Assembly (NCBI GenBank): GCA_016748015.1
Contig: JAAOMT010000222.1
Location: 561,924-625,923, forward strand
From: Geosiphon pyriformis uo1
Taxonomy: Eukaryota; Fungi; Glomeromycota
Direction: 5' to 3'
DNA: 64,000 nt
The stretch's first letter is position 1; each line of letters begins with the position of its first letter. Below the pieces are notes generated by a model. That model was not told where the DNA came from. It was given only the letters and a program-made list of their open reading frames with translations, and searched no databases. Below are positions 1-10,372 of the stretch, piece by piece. Position numbers and translations under genes: made by a program.

Positions 1-436
1 AGAAAACAAATGACAAAAAACAGTTAATAATATTCAAAAGTCACAAGAAAAACAAAGAGAAAAACATGATAACCAACTACCAGATAAACCAGTTGAATTC
101 AAGATTAGAGACAAAGTACTTTTACATCATATCAAAACAGAAAAACAATGGAGTAGAAAATTTGATTCCAAATAGAACGGACCATTTTACATAGAAGAAA
201 TTCTAGGAAATAGAGCTTATAAATTAAGATTGAACAACAAAATCTTAACCAAAGTAGCATATGGTAATCAACTAAAATCATATTATCATATAAAATCATC
301 ATTTACCAGTAATATTCCACAATTAAGAGTGCAGAAAATACTAGTTCAACCAGATGAAATTCCACAAAATCTAGAACTAATTATCATTATTAAAACAAAC
401 ACATCAAATTAATTGACTAAAGAAATATATAAAGAC

Positions 437-1095
437 ATGGTAAATATGACAAAAGATATTAGAAAATGGAAATTACTGATGATATTTATTTACTAGCACA
501 ACAATTTTTTCAACTGATTCAACAATAAGAGATGGAAATTACAATTAATCAACAAACTATTAGATACAAAGACACCAAAAAAGGACCACAAGATAAAGTA
601 CAAAAAAAAACAGAAAATACTATTAACAAAATAATCACAAAAGTAAAATTGACAATAAAAGCACAACCAAAAGTTACTCAATATCAAGAGTTAACAATAG
701 AAACATGAAATTGGTAGACACAACAATTTCCAAAAAACTTTTGTTATTTTCATTTAAAACAACATTTAAATATTCAGAACTTATATATAGATAAAACAAA
801 ACAACTATTCAACATAACAATATTACAACAACTTAAACAATTTGTGAAAAAAAACAATCTAATCACATAGACACAAGCTATCTATTGATTACAAGTTAGA
901 TTTTAAGACCAACCAGAAATTTTACTTAATCCAGCAATAAACTCTATTATTGTTAACCAAATGGAAAAAATAACCAATGCCCAATTTGAAAAATTACAGA
1001 ACAAGATAACACAAGTAATTCTCAAGAAAAAAATTCAAGAAATACTCAAAAACAGAGCATTAGAGTTAGAAGATCTTGATAAAGCTCAATATTAA
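437..1095 (+). pseudogene. Accessory ORF3 of Gypsy A1 (unknown function)
   Basis: Reading frame broken by stops and one frameshift. Translates to AQQFFQ..MEITINQQTIRY...AIY*LQVRF*DQPEILL...LDKAQY*, with its stop abutting the PPT. Homologues occur in five other elements of the window. Confidence 0.75.
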
Positions 1096-1109
1096 AAAGG
1101 AGGAAATAA

Positions 1110-1970
1110 TGTTACTCATAGAATATAAGAAGAATATTAGTATATAAAATTAGCTAATCAGAGATAAATGTAGTAAATGTGGAATTCCAGGATTTCTCCC
1201 AAAAAAATTGCAGAATTTCAGGAATTTTAGGATTCTTATATAAGGAATTGTAGAATTTCAGGATTTCAGAATTTCTCTCAAAGAAATTGCAGGATTCCTG
1301 GTATGAAAAATTGAAGAATTGAGAAATCTCAATTATATATATATAGAGGTAGTATTAAAAGTAGAAAAGAGAGATCTCTTAATTTAAATTTAATCTAAAC
1401 AACCTTTTATATTACAAATATTAATAAATAATTATTTATTATCTCAAATTTACTCTTTACTATCAATTCTTTATGTTGATAGTAAATAATACTTAACCAC
1501 ACTAGAACAATAGCTCTTAATTATGGCTATTGATGGGATACTAACATTTATTGCCTTGGCTTATTTTTTTCTTTTCTTTTATTTTCTTTTCTGTGTTATT
1601 TTGTTATTCTTGTTGTTAACTAATTAATTAAAAAGTAAAGCACTAAGTTATTGATGTTAAGAATAGCCTGGTAAAAAACCCCAAAGGAAGGGTATAAAGT
1701 TTGATAATTTAAGAATAACTTATTAGAAGGGCATTTCTGCCAGATTACTAGCCACCACACTAAGAAAAAAATTCAATGGAATTGTGATTTCAGAAGGCTA
1801 CTGAGACATTATTGAATCTCTGTCCATTATACAAAAAATTCCAATTTAAATCTTCAGATTTTAGAGACCTTCAGATATAAACAATCTTCAAAATAACATT
1901 AGTATATTAATTAAACACCAAGTTATGGATTTGTTATTTGATTTAAGACTCTAAATAATTACTTGTAACA
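1110..1970 (+). repeat. LTR, family A (3' LTR of A1)
   Basis: TGTTAC/GTAACA termini, ggaattccag-type U3 tandem repeats, TATATATAG box near 1335. Homologous to LTRs at 2572, 7040, 14974, 20766, 23272, 31439 and 59088. Confidence 0.93.
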
Positions 1971-4083
1971 TTGCCACTTTTGTAAATTTTTGGAGTGCTC
2001 TGTCTCTGTAAATTTATAACTTCACAAGAAGCACCAAATGTTATGAGTAAACTTGGTGGAGTAGAGAAATGGTAACATTTGGTGTTTTCAATTATTGGTA
2101 ATACATGTTATGTGTAATTTCGGTGGCTTAATCTTGATTATCAGTCTCTGAAGATCTTATTTTACTGGTTGTGAATTTACTTATTGAGTTTTTTGGTTAT
2201 AAAACACAGAGTTTTGGTTCTCACTAATTACAACTTCTTATAAAGATAAGCTTTCTTCTTTGAGCTAACAAGTATAGTTATTAGAGTTCAGCATTGTTTT
2301 TTTGCTCTTTTGGTAAGCTATCAAGATAATGTTAATATCCAAAAACCTAAGGAGAGCTTCTCTCTTTTACCAGGCTATCACAAAGTTTATTTCTAGACAG
2401 TCAATTTTCCTATACTGCCATTTCACAAAAGAATAAATAAAAAAAATAAAAAAAAATAAAAATAAAAAAAAATAAAAGAAAGAAAGAAAGAAAGAAAGAA
2501 AGAAAAGAATTAGTATCATTAATTGTCATGATCAAAAGTGATTGGTCCAAATTGTTAATAGTTCAAAGTAATGTTACTCATAGAATATAGAAAATATATT
2601 AACATATAAATTAGCCAATCAGAAAAAGACATAATAAATGTGGAATTCCAGAATTCCTCTTAAAGGAATTGCAAGATTCTAGGAATTTTAGAATTCTTAT
2701 ATGAGGAATTGCAGGATTCCAGAATTTCAGAATTCTTCTCAAAGAAATTGCAGGATTCCAGAAATTTCAGGATTCTTGGTTAGAAAATTAAAGAATTCAA
2801 GGAATCTTATATAATATAAATTATATATATATAGCAAGAGTGTTAAAAGCAGAAAAAGCAATTCCTGGAGAATTCAATAAAGTTTTATTAATTTAGAACA
2901 ATCCTCTTTCTTTTCTATTTATTAACTCTCATTTCAAGAATAGTTGCTATCAACCAAAATGGAATTATATAAATAAAAAATCTCTCCAATTCTTCAAATC
3001 CATGTTATTGTTGTTTGTTTGAAAATATAATTACTCTTCTATTTATCAACACTTTATGTTGATAAAATCTAACACTTATACACACTGAAACAATAGCTCT
3101 TAATCATGGCTATTGATGAAATACTAACTTGCAATTGCTTTGGCTTATTTTTTATTTTTTATTTTTTATTTCTTTTATTTTTATTTTTTTTCTTTTGTTG
3201 TTATTTACTAATTGAGTAAAAAATTAAGCACTGAAATACAGACATCATAGAGACTGGTAAAAAACCCATGAAACAAGGGTAAAACACTCATAGATTTGAG
3301 GATAGCTTATCAGGAGGATTACCAGCCACTATGCTGAGAAAGAAATTTGATGAAACTGTGGTTTCAGGAAGCTACAGATAAAACAATCAATTAAATCTCT
3401 GTCCATTATACAAAGAACCCAATCAAAACTTTCAGATAATAAATACCTTCAGATTCAATCAAAACCTTCAGATAAAATTATCTACCAGAACATTCATTAA
3501 GCACCAAGTTATGAGTTTGTTATTTGCTTTGAGACCCCAAATAATCACTTATAACAACAATTATGCTAAGAGCATCTGTTCTAAAATAAAAGTACAAAAC
3601 AATAGTTAATTTACATAAAGCCTACAAAGTTTAAAAACATAAATTCATGATTTTGATTTCTCAATAATTAATTTATTTTAAAAGACAAAGATAGAATAGA
3701 ATAAATAATGAAAGGAATAAAAATATTTGATTCTTGTTTAATGAGTTGTATCTATCTTTTTTTTTTACCTTTTACAACTACTCACTTTTATATATTCTTT
3801 TGGTTTTATAAGATTGCTTCTAATTGTTTTGTTATTGCTAACTATTGCTTTGCTATTTCTGTTATTGTTTTGTTTTTTACATTATTACTAGTTATCTTAT
3901 GTTATAACACATTATCTAGTGTTATTATGTATTATTATGTGTTATTCTATGTTGTAACACGTTATCTTGTGCTATCCTAAGTTATAATGTGTTATTCAAT
4001 ATTATTGTGTATTATTCTGTGTTATGTCACATTCTGGTTATGTTTCTTCATAACTTTGGATTGGTTTTTCTACTTAGATAACA
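1971..4083 (-). mobile_element. Gypsy B1: 5' LTR (family B, 2039-4083) plus PBS and leader; interrupted by a solo LTR and truncated here by A1
   Basis: Reverse complement matches the LTR at 9362-10372. The LTR end is followed on the minus strand by TT-TGGTGCTTCTTGTGAAG (PBS, about 2020-2036). Confidence 0.88.
2572..3556 (+). repeat. Solo LTR, family A, inserted in the B1 LTR
   Basis: TGTTAC...ATAACA termini. Flanks gtaa/acaa are consistent with a transition-decayed 4-bp TSD (gcag in uninterrupted family B LTRs). Confidence 0.88.
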
Positions 4084-4543
4084 ATGGTATTTACCATTTA
4101 AGATAGAAACTTCGAGTTCAACATAATATCTTTTGAATTCTGCAATGCTCCTGCTATCTTTCAGCATATTATAGATGTTGTGTACAAAAGAATTTTGTGG
4201 AAATCAGTTATAGTATATCTAGATAACACCAATGTTTTCTTGAAAACATTTAACAATCACTTGCTCCATCTTTAGCAAGTCTTTGAATGCCTTCATAGTG
4301 CTAGATTAAAACTCAATCCCAATAAATGCTTTTTTAGAAAGACTGAATTGAAATTCTTAGGAACATAATTAGCAAAAATGGAGTCAAACTTAACCTAGAT
4401 AAGATCCAAAAAGTCAAAAATTTTCCAGCTCCAATCAACCTCAAAGAATTATAAAGATTTTTAGAATTGACAAAATACTATTAACAATTTATCAAAGGAT
4501 TCTCAACTATTATAAAACCACTTTATCAGTTGTTGTCCAAATA

Positions 4544-5835
4544 CAGTATAGGACAAAAAAAATTGGACAAAAAAATGCATCTTACAAGATTTGATCTAAT
4601 TTAACCAATTTTGGTTAGATTATGACAAAGTTAGTTGGAAATAAATGTGAAGGTAAGTGGCTATTAGCTTATATATTTTTTTTGTGCATTTTATTAATTT
4701 TTTTTTTAATTCTTGTGTGAAAATGGCAACATCCAAACAAGAAATGCAATGACAAACAGTATTGTATTTTTAGAACCAAGAAATACGAATTGCAGCAGAA
4801 ATACAGAAGCAAACAAATATACCACATTCTACTATTTACAATATTCTTAAAAAACTCGTAAAAAACCAGGGTGGTGGAGCATGCAAGTGGAAATAGTTGG
4901 CCAAGAAAGATTAAAGAGGTTGCTTTATGAATATTACAATTGTACATCAAATGGGATTCCTCAATTTCAACAAGAACTTTGACAACAAAGTTGTCAAAAA
5001 TAAATGTAAAGGTATCCTATAGAACAATTGGGAGGCATTTAGTATTTCTTGGTTACAAAAAAGACCTTCTTTAGGCCATTCCAATGCTTACTAATAAACA
5101 TAAAAAGAGGCATTTGGAATGGACTTACCAATACTTAAATGACAATTGGGACCAAACTGTTTTTACAGATGAAACAGCCTTTTGTTTATTTTGGAACACA
5201 CTAGAGCATTGGTATAGAGATTTACAGCCCACTCATGCCATTCCAAAAGATCGAACAAAAGTCTTTGCTTGAGGTGGTTTCTATAAAGGAGGAAAGACAA
5301 GTTTATTTTGTTTTACTGGAATAATGGATAGTTATTTTTACATAGAAATTCTTCATACTCACCTGCCTAAAATTAGAAAAATGCTTGGACGTAGATAGCA
5401 GTTTTAGCAAGACAACAATCCAAAATACAAAAGCAAAGTTTCTCAAGCCTTTATAGCTGCCAATATTAATAATGTTCTTGACTGGTCTGCCAACTTATCC
5501 AACTTGAACCCTATTGAAAACTTGTAGACTATTGTCAAAAATAAGGTAGAAAAGCAAATGCCCAAAAATTGTGACTAGTTAATGCAGTTTATGGAAAAAG
5601 AATAGTGGATGATTTCTGGATCTACCTTTATCGGATTAGTAGGATTAATGAAATGGCATTGTGAGATGGTGATTGTGAATAAGAAGGAAAAAATATCATA
5701 TTAATATTCTATTAATTTTTTTTAATAAAATAATGTGCTTTTTATTTTTCTAATGATATATTTTTTGTAAAATTTGGTCCATTAATTAAAGCACAATAAT
5801 TAGTTTTTTGTGTCCAATTTTTTTTGTTCCCACTG
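4544..5835 (+). mobile_element. Tc1/mariner DNA transposon (DD34E type), about 1.3 kb
   Basis: TA target duplication (4542-4543 and 5836-5837). TIRs of about 26 bp (cagtataggacaaaaaaaattggaca / tgtccaatttttttttgttcccactg). The host RT resumes after the insert. Confidence 0.93.
4723..5704 (+). pseudogene. Tc1-like transposase, disrupted
   Basis: HTH-like N-terminus (EIQKQTNIPHSTIYNILKKL). Catalytic motifs TVFTDETAF, QDNNPKY and DWSANLSNLNPIENL, with internal stops. Confidence 0.9.
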
Positions 5836-7039
5836 TACATACAGTATTTATAGAAAAAAAACCAACAGAAATCATTTGACTATTTCAAACAGCAATTAAT
5901 TACATCTCCAATCTTGATTTATCCAGATTTCACTAAATAGTTTATTGTTATAACAGACACTTTAAAAAATGCACTAGAAACAATCTCATCACAAATAAGA
6001 CTAGACAATAGAGAACATTCAATTGCCTATACCAGTTACAGCATTAGCCCAACAGAAAAAAATTACAGCACAACAGATCTGAAATGTTTCGTCATTTATT
6101 AGGCCATACAAATATGGAGACATTATTTCAGTTTGTTCTTTGACTTATATACTAATTATAAAAGACTTGTTTAATTACTTAACAATTCACAACTAAAGGA
6201 AAAATATGCAAAATAAAGTACTTATCTGCAATAATTCTCACTCAAAGTTTATTACAAGAAAAAATCCAAAAACACCAATGCTAACAGTTTGTTAAGGATG
6301 CCACAAACCTAATCCCAGACCTATGGACACAACCAATTACTACTGACTACATTAGTACCTATTAATACTATGTTTCAAAGAGATATTATCTTAACAGGAA
6401 CAGAGTACCATATGAAAACATGCATGGAATTATTTTATTTAAGACAACCAACTATATTAATAAGAACACTGAAATCACTTTACCTTACAATGAGTTATTA
6501 AAAACAATAAAAAGGAAACTATATTACATAATATGCATTCTGATCCAACTACAGAACACTTTAACAAAGATGCTATTCTTAAAAGAATCCTAAATTTATA
6601 CTAATGGCCAACAATATACAAAAACATTTTTGAATACATGCTCAATTGTGACTTATGCCAGTGAAAAGAAAGAGCCAGAATAATGGAACTACTTTGACTC
6701 ATTCCAGTTGGAAATCCATTTAATAAAATTGAGATCAATTTGGTTGGTTCTCTCTCCATAACATCCAAAAAAAATTATTATATTGCTGTAATCATAGACT
6801 ACTTAACAAAATAGCCAGAAACCAGAGCCATCAAAGTAGTAGATGCTAAAACAGTAGCTGAATTCATACACCAAGATCTGATTTGCAGACATGAATGCCT
6901 GAAAGAACTGCTATTCAATTAAGAAATACATTTTGTTAATAATATATTAATTAAATTAAGTCAATAGTTTGAAATAAAATGTTTTTTATCATTACTATAT
7001 TACCTATAAATGAATAGACTGATAGAAAAATTTAACCAA

Positions 7040-7899
7040 TATTACTCATAGAATATAAAAAGTATATTAGCATATAAATTAACCAATTAAAAGTAGCCAT
7101 AGTAAAGATGAAATTCCAGAATTCCTCTTAAAAGAATTGCAAGATTCCAGAAATTTTAGAATTCTTGTACAAGGAATTACAGAATTCCAGAATTCCAGAA
7201 TTCTTTTCAAAAAAATTTTGGGATTCTAATAATTCCAGGATTTCTGGTGTAAAAAATTGAGGAATTGAGGAATCTCAATTATGTATATATAGCAGTAGTG
7301 CTAGAAATAGAAAAGACAGAATTCTTTAGTTAGAAATCTCTCAGTTTAGATTTAATCTAAGCGATCTTTCAACTTACAAATATTAATAAATAATTATTCT
7401 TTATTTCCAATCTACTCTCTACTATTAACATGAAGTGTTAATAGTAATTGATACTTAATCACACTAGAACAATAGCTCTTGATCATGGCTATTAACAGAA
7501 TACTAACTTGTAATTGCTTTTACTCATTTTTTTATCTTTTTTTATTTTCTTTTATTTCTTTTTGTTATTTCTTTGGTTTTACTAATTGATTAAGGATTAA
7601 GCACTGAAGTACAGATGTTATAGAGACTGGTAAAAGACCTGTGAAACAAGAGTAAAACACTTATAGATTTGAGAATAGCTTACCAGAAAGATTACCAGCC
7701 ACCACACTAAGAAAAAAATTCAACAGAATTGCAATTCCAGAAGACTACTAAAACAACATTTAAATCTCTGTCCATTATACAAAGAACTCAACCAAAATCT
7801 TCAGATAACAATACTTTTAGATCAATACCAACATATCAACCAAGCACCAAATTACAAGTTTGTTATTTGATTTAAGACTCCAAATAAACATCTGTAACA
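7040..7899 (+). repeat. Solo LTR, family A, in D1 integrase
   Basis: TATTAC...GTAACA termini. Flanks ccaa/ttga both derive by transitions from CCGA within the integrase FNRTLC codons. Confidence 0.92.
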
Positions 7900-9361
7900 T
7901 TGAACACTATGTAAAGCACTAGCAAAAATAAGTTATAAAAACAAATAAGAATAAGACTTATTCATACTTTTTGTACTCTTTACATATTGAATACTAAAAC
8001 AAAATATGACTCAGTTCACACCATTCAAATTAGTCTATAAAAGAAAAGCCACTCTGTCTATTAAAAAAGAAATACAGTCATACCCAACAGAAACTATTAC
8101 AAAAGAGAATTTTGAAGTGATTTTACACCATAAAACATACCAGCTTATAGAAATATTAGAAAATAATCATAAAACAGCAGCTAACAACATTAGTAATGTT
8201 CAAAAACAACAAAAAAAAACATGATAATCACTTATCTGAACAACCAATAAAATTCAAGATTGGAAACCAAGTATTGTTACATTATACAAAAGCTAAAAAA
8301 CAGTGAAGTGAAAAGTTCAATTCAAAGTGGAATAATCTATTCTATGTACACAAAGTTTTAGACAATAGAGCTTACAAATTACAATTAGAAGACAGAATTT
8401 TAAAGAAAGTAGCACATAGAAATCAGTTAAAAATTTATTATGTAAAACAAGAATCATTATTATCAATATCTCAATTAGGAACACAAATTTTATTAATCAG
8501 ACCAGAAGATATATCATGAGATTTGGAACCAATTATCATTATTGTACTATAGACAACATACAGCAAATTAAATTAAAAAATTCAAATATATATAACACCC
8601 AAGAAGCAACAAAAAATGATAGAACTTTTAACATAGACCTGTCAGATCAAATTTTACAACTCTTAAAACAACTATTTGATGCAATTCAACAATCTTTTGC
8701 TCAAATAGAAGTAATAATTGATAGAAAAAAGATATGATATAAAGATAGAAGCAGAAAAGAGGAAGGCAAGAGTTTAATTAAAACTAAATAATTCCATTCC
8801 TATCTAATGTCCAAGAGAAGAAATTGGAGAAAAAATTTCTCTCAAGTGGGACAGGAAAGAAAAAAAGTTTATAAAAGAAGATATTTAGTCTCCAAGTTCG
8901 AAAAAATTAAAGAAGCTTTAGCTTATGGGATTGATCTTCCCAAAACAAAAAAATAGATATCAGACAATGCCCAAAAATAGAAAAAAAGACTTTCTTTAGC
9001 ATATTGGTTCTACAAAATTGGTAAACAACTAGATTTAAAAACACCATATAAAAATCTCAGCCAAAAAACTTTTAACAAAGAATCAATACAACAAGTAGAA
9101 AAATTCATAAGAAAAAGCAACCTGATTCTATATTATAAAGCAATATACTGACTATATGCTACTTTCTAACATTGTCTAAATGTATTGTTGTATAGATCTA
9201 TAAAGACTATAACAGTTAACAACATAGGATAAATAACCAATCAACAGTTCAAAGACCTATGAAGAACAATAATCAACAACCATCAAACATTATATGAACA
9301 AAGCCATAGTAACAGATACATATGATTTCACAGAAGCTCAATTCTAAAAAGAAAAAAATAA

Positions 9362-10372
9362 TGTTACCCAAGTAGAAAACTGATCTAAAGTTATGAAAAA
9401 ACATGACATAACACAAAATAGTGCACAATAACTTTGAATAATACATTATAACTAAGATAATACAGAATAATGCATTATAATATAGGATAATACAGAATAA
9501 CATATAATAATACCAGATAACATGTTATAATATAGGATACTAGTAATAACATAGAAAAACAAAACAATAACAGAAATAGCAAAACAATAGTTAGCAATAA
9601 TGAAACAATTAAAAGCAATACTATAAAACCAAAAGAATATATAAAAATGAGTAGTTGTAAAAGTTAGAAAAGAACAGAGAAATATATGAACCACTAAACA
9701 AGAATCAAATATCCTTACCTCTTTTATTATTTATTTTATTTTATATTCATCTTCCAAAATAAATCAATTATTGAGAAATCAGAATCACAAATTTATGTTC
9801 TTGAATTTTGTGGACTTTATGTGAATTAACTATTGTTTCATATTTTTATTCCAGAACAGATGCTTTTAGCATAACTGCTTCAAACCATTAAAAATTTGGA
9901 CCAGTTGCTTTTGATCACAGCAATTAATGATACTAATTCTTTTTTATTTTATTTTTTATTTTATTCTTTTTTTTATTCTTTTGTGAAGTGACAATATAGT
10001 AAAATTGACTGTTTAGAAATAAACTTTGTAATAGTCTGATAAAAGAGAGAAGCTTCCCCTAAATTTTGGATATTAATATTATCTTGGTAGCTTACTAAAA
10101 GGGCAAAAAGACAATGTCAAACCTTAATGACTGTGCTCATTAGTTTAGAAAAGATAGCTTACATTTAAAGAAAGTTACAATTAACAAAAAACCAAACTTT
10201 TGTGCCTTATAACCAAAAAAACTCAATGGGTAAAATCACAACCAGAAAAAAAGATCTTTAGAAACTGATAATCAAGACTAAGCCAACAGAATTATGCAAA
10301 ACATGTATTACTAATAATTGAGAACACTAAATGTTACCATTTTCTTACTCTCTTTTAATTAACCCTATAATA
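9362..10372 (+). repeat. LTR, family B (3' LTR of D1)
   Basis: Starts tgttacccaagtagaaaac directly after the PPT and has ataacac-type U3 repeats. Homologous to LTRs at 2039-4083, 11442-13369, 18198-19200 and 47471-48429. Confidence 0.9.

Larger units (their letters stand above)
1..1970 (+). mobile_element. Ty3/Gypsy LTR retrotransposon A1, 3' part (integrase C-terminus, ORF3, PPT, 3' LTR); decayed
   Basis: Integrase tail (DKVLLH..EKQWS.KFD.K..GPFYIEEILGN.AYKL) to 412, extra ORF about 437-1095, PPT aaaaaggaggaaataa at 1094-1109, then LTR TGTTAC(1110)...GTAACA(1970). Closely homologous to the element at 59088-64000. Confidence 0.93.
4084..10372 (+). mobile_element. pol: Gypsy D1: RT-RNaseH-integrase, ORF3, PPT and family B 3' LTR; decayed
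   Basis: RT motifs (FCNAPAIFQ..VIVYLDNT), RNase H, integrase HHCC (MHSDPTTEH..CDLCQ) and core, ORF3 about 8516-9345, PPT about 9346-9361, LTR 9362-10372. Interrupted by Tc1/mariner (4544-5835) and a solo LTR (7040-7899). Confidence 0.9.

Noticed and set aside
3225-3330. Hammerhead ribozyme in the LTR multi-stem junction
   Set aside because: No CUGANGA and GAAA core in the right positions in any copy. Retained only as an unclassified structure.
3708-3980. Small hydrophobic membrane proteins (also 9273-9694, 13149-13367, 21888-22780 and similar)
   Set aside because: These are antisense translations of A-rich LTR U3 repeats or pol/ORF3. The F/I/L/Y bias is a composition artefact.
8516-9345. 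env gene or chromodomain after integrase
   Set aside because: No signal peptide, furin site or TM anchor, and no chromodomain signature (Y.V..I....YLVKW.G) is visible.
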